This document shows, piece after piece, positions 16,901 to 24,543 of a stretch of DNA of 47,363 bases. The position numbers and the translations under genes are program-made. This stretch comes from Candidatus Woesearchaeota archaeon (lineage in GTDB: Archaea; Nanobdellota; Nanobdellia; UBA10117; JABICX01). The stretch spans positions 1-47,363 of the forward strand of contig CAYTAB010000001.1 in assembly GCA_964435825.1 (NCBI GenBank), read 5' to 3'. Position 1 is the first letter of the stretch, and every line of letters starts with the position of its first letter. Under the pieces are notes generated by a model. That model was given only the letters and a program-made list of their open reading frames with translations. It was not told the DNA's origin and did no database searches.

Positions 16901-17949
16901 GTACAACAACAGTTAGTTCAAATGAATTTAAATTAGTTGTTGCTGTTTCTGAGTCTTGCGTTGAAGAACAACAAGAACAAGAGCAGAATTCTCAAGAAGA
17001 TGAGCTTTTATCTCAAAACAACATTCCTGGAATATCAGTTACTAAAATTTTCTCAATTGTTAGAAAAGATACAGATACTGCATTCTCAATTAGTAAAAAA
17101 GAGGTTCCAGTTTCAATGTTGATGTTTAATACTTTTAGAGAGCTTACTAATTTGAAAATTATTGTTAGGTCTTTTAATATTAGACCAAGTACAATCTCAC
17201 CTGCACCTGGATCAGTGTATAAATATTTTGCAATTGATGAAATAAATCTCAACAACTCTTTAAGAAAAGCTGAAATTACAATCAGAGTTTCAAAAAAGTG
17301 GATTGACAATGAGGAAATTATCCATAATTCAATTTCATTGCTTCATTATGATATTGACACAGATCTCTGGCAGAAATTACCAACTGAATTTAAACGAACA
17401 GATGACGAGTTCTTTTATTATGAAGCAGAAACAAATTCTTTTTCATATTTTGCAATTACTGGAACAAGTGTTAAAGCTGACCCAAAAAACAAACCAACAG
17501 AAACCCCAAAAGCAGGATTGTTAACTTCACCTAAAAATAATTCAAATGCTGTTACTGGAAGATTAGTATCTTCTGATGAATCTATCTTTAAGAAATCAGT
17601 TGAATTTTTTGAAGATAATTTATTTGCATTTATTATTATATCTTCAACTCTTGCAATTATTGTTTTAATTGCTTTATTTAAAACAGATATTTTACTTTCA
17701 ATTTATAAAGATAAAGTTACGCCTCATAAAAAAATGAGAACAAAGGAAAAGCCACCAAAAAGCCATGCAAAAATCCATAGACATGTTCGTTCATTTACTA
17801 AACAGAAAAAAAAGAAGAGATTAACTGCAGATTATCTTTTTGAATTTTTGAAAATGTTTAGAACTCGCAGGTCTTTGGCTAAAGTTTCAAAGAGACTTAA
17901 AGCTAGACAAAGAGATTTAGAGAAAATTAAAAGGAGATATCAAAACTAA
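13972..17949 (+). CDS. Giant subtilisin-like serine protease (S8). It has an I9-like propeptide, a large Asp-His insert, cadherin-like and PGF-pre-PGF-like domains, and a TM anchor plus basic tail.
   Basis: The catalytic motifs are VVCIADTGIDYTHPDF (Asp), HGTHVAGIIAANG (His) and SGTSMATPHVSAVIALL (Ser). The propeptide-like region is KVIVVLKEG...FKVIRTFGGANAFAAEIT. The ATG at 13972 is preceded by tgaggt; the track start at 13933 is a GTG inside the upstream gene. ...DALTYSLSSDATNDGFVINSKGILSY is cadherin-like. The C-terminal TM helix is LFAFIIISSTLAIIVLIALF. Confidence 0.9.
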   Translation: MKYKLVREGMLAFLLLFLVIPFSFASLNYQSDDSVHIPSKVIVVLKEGATIDDLELNRVSEIESSEKQTASRNYASRAVTQQVTFDSTDDHFKVIRTFGGANAFAAEITPTTFLALEQSSDVEKIYNADEFKFMAMLQDSADLINATQVYTIQVNSTNITGKNQVVCIADTGIDYTHPDFWGEYLNHSITDAFDLTRIMQNSGFNIVSDTIITSYADSDYLLANISFSNNIFYLNSLISKNYFTDFEQTQLLQNESEFESYANITINNGTVSVENKTDAYFLVKLNHSSGYVGDVVLSWQEAKDNMTIEAFVSLDNKTSWQQVTNSEVISSGQTNENYTQMYYLFNFTLTNVTGYANVSNVIINYTLYSIVSEPVVEFSVDGQEWINDSALETYWPPYYNNSILYYRVNLTDVLNNVTINISSIETKTVLNPKIIGGYDFVNNDADVFDDTVSSKESHGTHVAGIIAANGKIKGIAPDAKLVIVKVLDSVGFDTGGNITSGIEYCANYSDTFGTEINAISVSIGTYSYHSSTYCDGDFPDMSAAIETAVLKNISVIVATGNENTIGAISSPACFENVTRVGATDKSYNIESYTNRGDYFDIYLAPGSSINSTVKTASYAEKSGTSMATPHVSAVIALLSQYLQETGIDSLTPKEFRTLLDGSGMKIYDSPSNGTYTFVDAYQAIEDLKVSFSVENTGYYFEKGEILNFSISSDFFNISDVFYENSSSNVSLPKYSEEMKWYLNTSGWSVGEHNISLFINTTDDQIFERQYSFGIDTKPNITWWSIRTRNESGQDAVFNVSQPNNYQIYAYEKNRSIENFWAYVSANDSESDSITYFWKVSPQISGSDYLNYNGTDFIQNISGWFQSHDAGTYTLELIASDNKLNSSINFNLTVIDPYPPSISTIQNFEDLEEGDVFTLNVTPFVTNPDNDALTYSLSSDATNDGFVINSKGILSYDDGAFDCGDADNYYIIVYVSDGTTTVSSNEFKLVVAVSESCVEEQQEQEQNSQEDELLSQNNIPGISVTKIFSIVRKDTDTAFSISKKEVPVSMLMFNTFRELTNLKIIVRSFNIRPSTISPAPGSVYKYFAIDEINLNNSLRKAEITIRVSKKWIDNEEIIHNSISLLHYDIDTDLWQKLPTEFKRTDDEFFYYEAETNSFSYFAITGTSVKADPKNKPTETPKAGLLTSPKNNSNAVTGRLVSSDESIFKKSVEFFEDNLFAFIIISSTLAIIVLIALFKTDILLSIYKDKVTPHKKMRTKEKPPKSHAKIHRHVRSFTKQKKKKRLTADYLFEFLKMFRTRRSLAKVSKRLKARQRDLEKIKRRYQN

Positions 17950-17969
17950 TACTCGACCGTCACTGTTCT

Positions 17970-17996
17970 GAGTCTGCCGTGAAGCGCGGCGGGCTC
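17970..17996 (+). terminator. GC-rich hairpin followed by T tracts, immediately 3' of the subtilase gene
   Basis: gagtctgccg-tgaagcg-cggcgggctc forms a 10-bp stem (8 Watson-Crick pairs plus 2 G-U) with a 7-nt loop. It is followed by ctttatactattttt...tttttt. It is a striking GC island in AT-rich DNA. Confidence 0.5.
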
Positions 17997-18150
17997 TTTA
18001 TACTATTTTTGACTATTTATTTTTTATAAGAAAGATTTAAGTGTTACTCTAAAAAAAGAGAATATAGCAAGTTTTTTAAACCCTTATCTGCGATTAATCT
18101 TAGTTGGAATGTGGAGTCCGTAACTGGCCTGAACCAACGAGGTGATTATT

Positions 18151-18651
18151 ATGAAGAGTGTATATCACTATGTTAGAGAACTTTGGAAAAAACCAAAAAA
18201 GAATTTAGGAAGAGAATTTGTTAGAGATAGACTTGTTGAGTGGAGAAAAGAGCCTTCATTTATTAGAGTTTCCAGACCAACGAGAATTGATAGAGCAAGA
18301 GCTCTTGGTTATAAAGCAAAGCAGGGTTATGTAATTGTAAGAGGAAGGATTTCAAAAGGAACAACTAAAAGACCTGCAATAAAAAAAGGAAGACGACCAA
18401 AAAGATATGGTTTATCTAAATTGCCTCTTAGAATTGGAAAACAGCATATTGTTGAGCAGAGAGTTGCTAGAAAATACCCAAATCTTGAGGTTCTTAATTC
18501 ATATTGGGTTGGAGCAGATGGACAGCATGAATGGTATGAAGTTATTCTGGTTGACCCAGAACATCCAGTTATTAAGAAAGACAAGAAAATAAACTGGATT
18601 TGCGAGCCACAAAACAAAAGAAGGGTTTTTAGAGGTTTAACTCGTAAATGA
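18151..18651 (+). CDS. rpl15e: 50S ribosomal protein L15e
   Basis: MKSVYHYVRELWKKPKK...RPTRIDRARALGYKAKQGYVIVRGRI. GAGGTGA lies 5 nt upstream of the ATG at 18151; the track start at 18142 is the GTG inside the SD. Confidence 0.9.
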   Translation: MKSVYHYVRELWKKPKKNLGREFVRDRLVEWRKEPSFIRVSRPTRIDRARALGYKAKQGYVIVRGRISKGTTKRPAIKKGRRPKRYGLSKLPLRIGKQHIVEQRVARKYPNLEVLNSYWVGADGQHEWYEVILVDPEHPVIKKDKKINWICEPQNKRRVFRGLTRK

Positions 18652-19244
18652 GATTAGATATTATTATTCCAAAAAACAATGAAGTGGAGCTTTATGAAGA
18701 GTTATTAAGGATGAATAAAGTTCCGGTTTTTTTATATTCTAATTTAAATTATTCTCAGCTAAGTTTACAGCTGAAAAGATTAGAAGGTTTTAAAAAAGGG
18801 ACATATAAAACTGCTTATCTTTTTAAACCAGAGAGTGCTGAAGAATTAGTTCTGGACAAGAAAATCAGAAAAGCTGTTGATTATATTGTTGGCACTGCTC
18901 AGGACCTTAAATTACTTAGAGTTCTAATTGAAAAAGGCAGAATTAATTTTTTTGTTAATATTGAGACAGCAAGTGGTAGAGACCATACTCATTATAGAAG
19001 AAGCAATTTTAATCAAGTTTTAGCAAGGATTTGTAAAGAAAATAATGTTGGTTATTTAATTGATTTTTCTAGAATTAGAAATATGGTGTCTATGGAAAAA
19101 AGAGCAACTTTAATTGGAAGAATTTCACAAAATACTAAGTTTTGCAGAAAATTTAATGTTCAGGTTAATGTGATGTCTTTTGCATCAAATGTTGAGGATA
19201 TAATTAATAATGATATTTTAGAGAGCTTTGAGAAAATTCTTTGA
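18648..19244 (+). CDS. rnp3: Probable RNase P protein component 3 (Rpp30 family)
   Basis: There is an ATGA overlap with rpl15e. Size (198 aa) and position next to L15e match the conserved archaeal L15e-Rpp30 arrangement. Sequence similarity was judged only by eye (ETASGRDHTHYRRSNFNQVLARICKENNVGYLIDFS). Confidence 0.55.
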   Translation: MRLDIIIPKNNEVELYEELLRMNKVPVFLYSNLNYSQLSLQLKRLEGFKKGTYKTAYLFKPESAEELVLDKKIRKAVDYIVGTAQDLKLLRVLIEKGRINFFVNIETASGRDHTHYRRSNFNQVLARICKENNVGYLIDFSRIRNMVSMEKRATLIGRISQNTKFCRKFNVQVNVMSFASNVEDIINNDILESFEKIL

Positions 19245-19264
19245 GTAAGTATTGAAAGAGTAAT

Positions 19265-20509
19265 TTAGATGTTTATGATCTCACCATTTATAGGAGCAAT
19301 TGCATCAATTCCAAATCTGCTTCGCATTTCAACTGCAAATTTTTGCGGATATTCTCCATGCATGCAGATTAATTTTTTCGGTCTTATTGTTTTTACTAAT
19401 TTAATTAAATCATCTCTTCCTGCATGTGCTGAAAAATCTAATTGATGAAGCTTCATTTTTAGTTTTAAGTTCATTGTGTCATTTACATAGTATCCTGTGT
19501 CTACAAGATAACGACCTGCAGTTTTTGGAATCTGAAATCCAGTTAATATTAACGAGGAGCGTTCATCAGTATATAGGTGTTTTAGAAATCCAACAACTGG
19601 TCCTCCATCGAGACATCCCCCTGTTGTGATAATTGCACATGGTTCATTAACTGCATCTCTCATGTTTTTGTAAGTTATTATTTCAGCCATTTCATATGCA
19701 TCTGTTAATTTATCTGAATCTTTAAGATATTGCGGGTTTCTTAACATGATTTTTGTTGCTTTGTTTCCCATTCCTGCAAGATATATTGGATATGGAAAGT
19801 TGTATTTTTGAAAGATTAAAAGTAGTTCTGGAGCTCTGAGTGCAAATGCAGGTATTAATGCAATTCCATTATTTTCAATTGTTTCTTTTGCAATTTTTAT
19901 TAATTTTTTTTCATTTTCTTCTCTAATACCATGATTTTTACTTGAATAAGTTGTTTCCATAAACATTACATCTATTTCTTTTTCAGTTGGAAGTTGCAAG
20001 CCATTGATTAATTCCCGAGGTTTTGTATTGAGGTCGCCAGTGTATAATATTTTTTTACCGCGAGTGCTAAGCAAAAACATTGCTGAACCAGGCAGATGAC
20101 CTGAATCCAGAACTTCAATTACAGACTCTTGTAATTTTATTTTTTGATTGTATTTTATTTTTTGAGCATTGAATACAAAATTCATAATTTCTTTTTCTGT
20201 GAATAAAGGACGAATATTTCGTAATTTAGCCACCTTGATACTGTCTGCTAAAATCAGTTTTCCTAATTCAAGTGTTGCAGATGTTAAAAATGTTCGAGGT
20301 GTTGATTTTTTATAAAAAGCAGGCACAACTCCAATGTGATCCAGATGCGCATGTGTAACAAAAATGTTTTTGGGTGTTGCACTTGGTTTTAATGGAGGCA
20401 AATGCTCTTCAACATTTAATCCATATTCAAATAGAATTTTATCTCTGTTATTAATATAAACTGCATTTCTACCAACTTCTCTAAACCCACCAAGACATTC
20501 TGCTTTCAA
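19265..20509 (-). CDS. Metallo-beta-lactamase / beta-CASP ribonuclease (aCPSF2-like, about 410 aa class)
   Basis: HAHLDHIG (HxHxDH), DSGHLPGS, YTGDLN, and the beta-CASP motifs METTYSS, DFSAHAGRDDL and CMHGE. The start codon is TTG. Confidence 0.8.
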   Translation of the reverse strand: MKAECLGGFREVGRNAVYINNRDKILFEYGLNVEEHLPPLKPSATPKNIFVTHAHLDHIGVVPAFYKKSTPRTFLTSATLELGKLILADSIKVAKLRNIRPLFTEKEIMNFVFNAQKIKYNQKIKLQESVIEVLDSGHLPGSAMFLLSTRGKKILYTGDLNTKPRELINGLQLPTEKEIDVMFMETTYSSKNHGIREENEKKLIKIAKETIENNGIALIPAFALRAPELLLIFQKYNFPYPIYLAGMGNKATKIMLRNPQYLKDSDKLTDAYEMAEIITYKNMRDAVNEPCAIITTGGCLDGGPVVGFLKHLYTDERSSLILTGFQIPKTAGRYLVDTGYYVNDTMNLKLKMKLHQLDFSAHAGRDDLIKLVKTIRPKKLICMHGEYPQKFAVEMRSRFGIDAIAPINGEIINI

Positions 20510-20510
20510 T

Positions 20511-20675
20511 TTATCCTTCCTTTTTTGTGATATCTACTCCAAGTTTTTTTAACTCTTCTGCATGAGCATTTACAAGATTATCTATGATGGTAATAATCTT
20601 AAGCATCTCTTCTCTTTCTTTAAGAAGAGTAGATATTGAGCCTTTATGAAATCCTATTTTTTCGTTGTTGTCCAT
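20511..20675 (-). CDS. Small 54-aa ORF between rps2 and the beta-CASP RNase gene (below the track cut-off)
   Basis: Hand translation gives MDNNEKIGFHKGSISTLLKEREEMLKIITIIDNLVNAHAEELKKLGVDITKKEG. Its TAA is separated by 1 nt from the TTG start of the downstream gene. Confidence 0.4.
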   Translation of the reverse strand: MDNNEKIGFHKGSISTLLKEREEMLKIITIIDNLVNAHAEELKKLGVDITKKEG

Positions 20676-20744
20676 TTTATTATTTGTGTCTGTATCTATT
20701 TAAAGATAACTGTTAATGCGTGATTTGATTTAAAAATAAATAAA

Positions 20745-21338
20745 TTATTCAAAATCTTCACGATTTAGAGAAATATCTTTTGTAAGTTTACCTTTATTTT
20801 TTAAATACTCATTTGTTAAAATCCAGTATACTAATCCTAAAGATTTTGCTCCTTTGTTATTGCAGGGTATTGCAATATCTATTTTTTTTGTGACATTGTT
20901 TGAGTCACATAAAGCAACAATTGGAATACCATTTGTTAGAGCATCTCTTATTGCATTTTTATCAATCCATGGGTCAGATACAATAAGCAATTTTGGTTCA
21001 ATATAATCTTTTAGATTTGGATTAGTAATAACTCCTGCAGGATATCTTCCAATATAATAGTTTGCACCAATTGTTTCTGCAAATTTTTTTACACCTTTCC
21101 AGGAATTTTCTCTTCTACCAATTACAAGAATGTTTTTAGCATCATATCTTGAGATAAATGCAGATACTTTTTTTAAACGTTCATCAATTTTTTGAACATC
21201 TAGAATTGCAAGCCCATTTGGATTTATCTTATAGATAAATTCTTTCATATCATTTGTTTTAAATTTGGTTCCAATATGTATTCCTGCAGATAGATAATCT
21301 TCTACAGGGATTAGTGATTTTGTTTCTTTTGTAGTCAT
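20745..21338 (-). CDS. rps2: 30S ribosomal protein S2 (uS2)
   Basis: MTTKETKSLIPVEDYLSAGIHIGTKFKTNDM... The ATG at 21338 is preceded by AGGAGA. The longer track ORF (to 21395) runs into rpoK. Confidence 0.9.
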   Translation of the reverse strand: MTTKETKSLIPVEDYLSAGIHIGTKFKTNDMKEFIYKINPNGLAILDVQKIDERLKKVSAFISRYDAKNILVIGRRENSWKGVKKFAETIGANYYIGRYPAGVITNPNLKDYIEPKLLIVSDPWIDKNAIRDALTNGIPIVALCDSNNVTKKIDIAIPCNNKGAKSLGLVYWILTNEYLKNKGKLTKDISLNREDFE

Positions 21339-21348
21339 TTTATCTCCT

Positions 21349-21522
21349 TTAGGGTTTTGGTCTTTTAATTGTGATTGGAAGAACATTTTTTTCAAGTTCT
21401 TTTTCAGCTATTTTTACTGGGTCTGTTTCTTTAATATTTTTTATTAATAATGGTGCACCCATTGCTAACTGCAGTGCTCTTGCGCCAATGATTCTTGCAA
21501 TTTCAAATCTTGTGTATTTCAT
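21349..21522 (-). CDS. rpoK: DNA-directed RNA polymerase subunit K (Rpo6)
   Basis: Not in the ORF track (57 aa). Hand translation gives [57 protein letters not shown]. This closely matches the archaeal RpoK consensus ([21 protein letters not shown]...iPItI.RP). Confidence 0.9.
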   Translation of the reverse strand: MKYTRFEIARIIGARALQLAMGAPLLIKNIKETDPVKIAEKELEKNVLPITIKRPKP

Positions 21523-21568
21523 TATTTTAATTAGATTTTTACGTCTCTATTTAAAGTTTTTGGAAGAT

Positions 21569-22360
21569 TTATTTTATGAGCTTTTTATTTTTTGTTGCAT
21601 ATTTTTCTGCTTTGTTTACAAGCTCATAAATTTCTTCTTCTGTAAATGAGTCTTCTCCGCCTTTTTGCATAGCACAAATTCGTCCATCTGCCATTGCAAT
21701 ATGAATAACTGCATCTGAAACATCCTGTTCTTTGCTCATTGGGTCAATTAATAAAGTGTTTCCGATTTTAACAAAAGTACTCATTATTGGAATTCTTTTT
21801 TCAATTAAAGGTATTTTTTCTTTTGTTTGTTCTCTGTAGTCAACTTTTTCTGTTTTCTTATCATATTTTGGGAATGTTGCGCTTTTTAGAGCAGCAATTG
21901 CACCTAGTGTGCATGCATCAAAGAGATTTCCATCATTATTTAAAATTACTGCATCAATGAAAATCATCCAGACTTTTTCTCCTTTTTTAATACATAGTTT
22001 CTTGAGGTCAACTACTTTTGATTCTCTAATTGCTCGGTCTACAACTCTTGATAGTTCAATAGCATTTTCACGAGGAGGTCCAGGTTCAAAATCTGGATCT
22101 GCAATTGGAGTCATTTCTGCAGAAACCATTAGTATTCCTTCGTCTTCTGAATCTGGGAAAGGTTCACCTACATCAAGTTTTACTCCCATAATAACTTGCG
22201 TTTCTCCAATTGTTACTTTTGCAGAGCCATTTGCCTGTGAAATAACATTGGTTTCAATATTGATTTTTCTGTAATCTTCCAGTTTTCTTCCATCATATCT
22301 TAATTTCTTTTTTATTAATGAATCAATATACTTTCTTAGTGCACTGAATTCTTGTTCCAT
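21569..22360 (-). CDS. rrp42: Exosome complex component Rrp42 (inactive RNase PH-like subunit)
   Basis: RYDGRKLEDYRKI...ANGSAKVTIGETQVI. The TAATG overlap means its start shares 1 nt with the rrp41 stop. Confidence 0.85.
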   Translation of the reverse strand: MEQEFSALRKYIDSLIKKKLRYDGRKLEDYRKINIETNVISQANGSAKVTIGETQVIMGVKLDVGEPFPDSEDEGILMVSAEMTPIADPDFEPGPPRENAIELSRVVDRAIRESKVVDLKKLCIKKGEKVWMIFIDAVILNNDGNLFDACTLGAIAALKSATFPKYDKKTEKVDYREQTKEKIPLIEKRIPIMSTFVKIGNTLLIDPMSKEQDVSDAVIHIAMADGRICAMQKGGEDSFTEEEIYELVNKAEKYATKNKKLIK

Positions 22361-23130
22361 TATTTATTCACCTCTTTTATTTTTTTGTCTATATTTTCTT
22401 TTGCATGCTCTGCATCTTTTTTAAATTTCGTTATTAATGCTTTTTGCTGGATTTTATATATTTCCTGGCAACCTTTTTTGCAAAGAGCAATTGCTTCTTT
22501 AAGTTCTTTTTTTGTTAAATCTCCATCCATTTGAAGTAGTGTAATCTCGTTTGTTCTTGGAAGAATTGCTATTGGCAAATCTGCTTCACCAAAATTATCT
22601 TCTGGTTGGAATAAATCTAGTGCGATTTTCCCATTTATTTTTCCTGCTGCAATTGATGTTACTAAATCTTTCATTTCAATTCCAGCGTCTGCAAGTGCTA
22701 CTGATGCTGCGTTTATTGCAGCTGTTCTAGTGCCTGCATTTGCATTTATAATCTCAATAAATACATCAATTTTAGCTTGAGGATATTTTTCAAGCAATAT
22801 TGTTTTTGATAGTGCATCTTTGATTACTTTTGAGATTTCTCTGCTTCGCCTTGATGGTCCTGGTCGATTTCTTTCAGAAGTTGAAAAACTAACCATATTA
22901 TAAATTACATTAAGATATGCTTTAGTATCTTCTCTTAAGTGTCTTGGAATCATTTTTTTTGGACCATAAACTGCAGCTACTGCAACAGTTTCTCCGATTC
23001 TAAATTCTGCTGAACCATCTGCTGAAGGAATTACTCCTGCAGTTACACTAACTGGACGGATTTCATCTAATTTTCTTCCATCAAGTCTTTTACCTTTTAC
23101 AATTAATATTTCGTCTCCAGAGCCTCCCAT
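22360..23130 (-). CDS. rrp41: Exosome complex exonuclease Rrp41 (RNase PH domain)
   Basis: RLDGRKLDEIRPVSVTAGV...ADGSAEFRIGETVAVAAVYGP...RPGPSRRSREISK. Confidence 0.9.
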   Translation of the reverse strand: MGGSGDEILIVKGKRLDGRKLDEIRPVSVTAGVIPSADGSAEFRIGETVAVAAVYGPKKMIPRHLREDTKAYLNVIYNMVSFSTSERNRPGPSRRSREISKVIKDALSKTILLEKYPQAKIDVFIEIINANAGTRTAAINAASVALADAGIEMKDLVTSIAAGKINGKIALDLFQPEDNFGEADLPIAILPRTNEITLLQMDGDLTKKELKEAIALCKKGCQEIYKIQQKALITKFKKDAEHAKENIDKKIKEVNK

Positions 23131-23131
23131 T

Positions 23132-23827
23132 TTATTTAACCTCCGATAGTAATGCTTTTACAGCATCAGTTAGTCCATGGGTGTGCGATTCTTTTTCAAT
23201 TTTTTTAATTGCATTTGAGACTGCCATTACATTTTCTGGCTCTCCTTTGATCCAAATCCATCCATTTTGACCAACAATTATATTGCATTTAGATTCGTCT
23301 TTTAATATCTTTATCATACTACCTTGTTTTCCAATTATTCGTGGAATTTTTGATGGAGAAACTTCAATTAGCACTCCTCCAGATAGCTTTTGATAAGGTC
23401 GATTTTTCATACTTAATTTAAGATAACCTTGTTTGTTTATCTCATAAACTTCTGCAAATACAAAATCTCCAATATTCATTAGTTTTGTTAATGGAGTTCT
23501 AGTGTCAACTCTTCTGCTTGAGTAATCAAGTACATTTAATTCTGCTTCATAATGACATCGTATTTCAATACTCCAGCCATATTTGTTTATTCCAACTACT
23601 TTTCCAATAACAGAATCTTTTGGTTTTGGATTGTATCTTCCAGCAAGGGGGATTGATTTAACAACTCTGCCTTTTATAGAAATAAGTCCTAGGCTTGTTG
23701 AAATAATCTGTTTCCCTTCTCTAAGTGCATTGCCAGAAGGAATAAAATCCATTCCTTCAGCCAGAATTTGGCCAGGAAAAACAATATCTCCGGGTTTTAC
23801 TAAAATTTCGTCTTTCATAAAATTCAC
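23132..23827 (-). CDS. rrp4: Exosome RNA-binding subunit Rrp4 (S1 + KH)
   Basis: The N-terminal domain is VKPGDIVFPGQ. An S1-like core is followed by KH with IPRIIGKQGSMIKIL. There is an ATGA overlap with the upstream SBDS gene. Confidence 0.85.
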   Translation of the reverse strand: MNFMKDEILVKPGDIVFPGQILAEGMDFIPSGNALREGKQIISTSLGLISIKGRVVKSIPLAGRYNPKPKDSVIGKVVGINKYGWSIEIRCHYEAELNVLDYSSRRVDTRTPLTKLMNIGDFVFAEVYEINKQGYLKLSMKNRPYQKLSGGVLIEVSPSKIPRIIGKQGSMIKILKDESKCNIIVGQNGWIWIKGEPENVMAVSNAIKKIEKESHTHGLTDAVKALLSEVK

Positions 23828-24543
23828 CTTTTTTCTTCTATAATCACGGTTCCAGATGTAAGTTTATTTAAGATTGAATAAATATCTGACTTTGCACCAG
23901 CTACTATTGACATTTCAAAACTTACAGATCCGTCATTGTTCCATGATTCATTGAATATGTTATATTTTTTTACTGCATTATATGTATGAGCAGCGTGCTC
24001 TTTTGGAATTATAACTTTTAAATGTATCTTTTCAAAAGAGAGAGGTAAAACAGTTTTTAATTTTTCAATAACTTTTTTAAGAATATATTCAAATTCTTCT
24101 TCAGGGTTTATATTTATTTTTGCCTGTTCCATTGCGTTTTCAATTCTTTGAACAGGGTGAGGTAATCCTGTTTTTGGGTTAAAACCATTTTGATGAATAT
24201 AATTAATTATCTTCTTCTTTTTTGCTTCATTGAGCTTTTTTCTTTGTTCTACAGTTAAGTTAATTTCTCCTTGTAAAATTATTTTTTTTGCAATTTCTAA
24301 GATATTTGAGGTATTGAATGTTTTTTGTAATTCAGTTTCAGAAGCAAATTCACCTTTTTTAGCATCTGTAAAAATATGTTCAGAATTAATAATGTCTCTG
24401 ATATTTTCTTGTTGTCCTTGTCTAAAGAGGTATGCTTTTTCTGGATCTTTTAACACAACTTCAAACGTTGAACCTGATTTTTTTAGACGAGCAAGGTTAA
24501 AATGGACTCGCTCTTTTGTAAATATATTCTCTGGTTTATTCAT
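23824..24543 (-). CDS. SBDS-family ribosome maturation protein
   Basis: ARLKKSGSTFEVVLKDPEKAYLFRQG at the N-terminus, 239 aa, in the conserved position between psmA and rrp4. Confidence 0.85.
   Translation of the reverse strand: MNKPENIFTKERVHFNLARLKKSGSTFEVVLKDPEKAYLFRQGQQENIRDIINSEHIFTDAKKGEFASETELQKTFNTSNILEIAKKIILQGEINLTVEQRKKLNEAKKKKIINYIHQNGFNPKTGLPHPVQRIENAMEQAKININPEEEFEYILKKVIEKLKTVLPLSFEKIHLKVIIPKEHAAHTYNAVKKYNIFNESWNNDGSVSFEMSIVAGAKSDIYSILNKLTSGTVIIEEKR

Noticed and set aside
15527-17524. Short alternative-frame and antisense ORFs inside the subtilase gene (15527-15751, 15707-15922, 16337-16519, 16937-17122, 17013-17309, 17303-17524)
   Set aside because: They are embedded in a long ORF with clear S8 catalytic motifs. 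Their Q/L/K/I-rich translations are typical of AT-rich off-frame reading.
18095-18150. GC-richer patch upstream of rpl15e examined as a possible tRNA or other small RNA
   Set aside because: It has no T-loop (GGTTCRANNCC) or acceptor-stem complementarity, and only a 5-bp gttgg/ccaac pairing. It is most simply the 5' leader containing the GAGGTGA SD.
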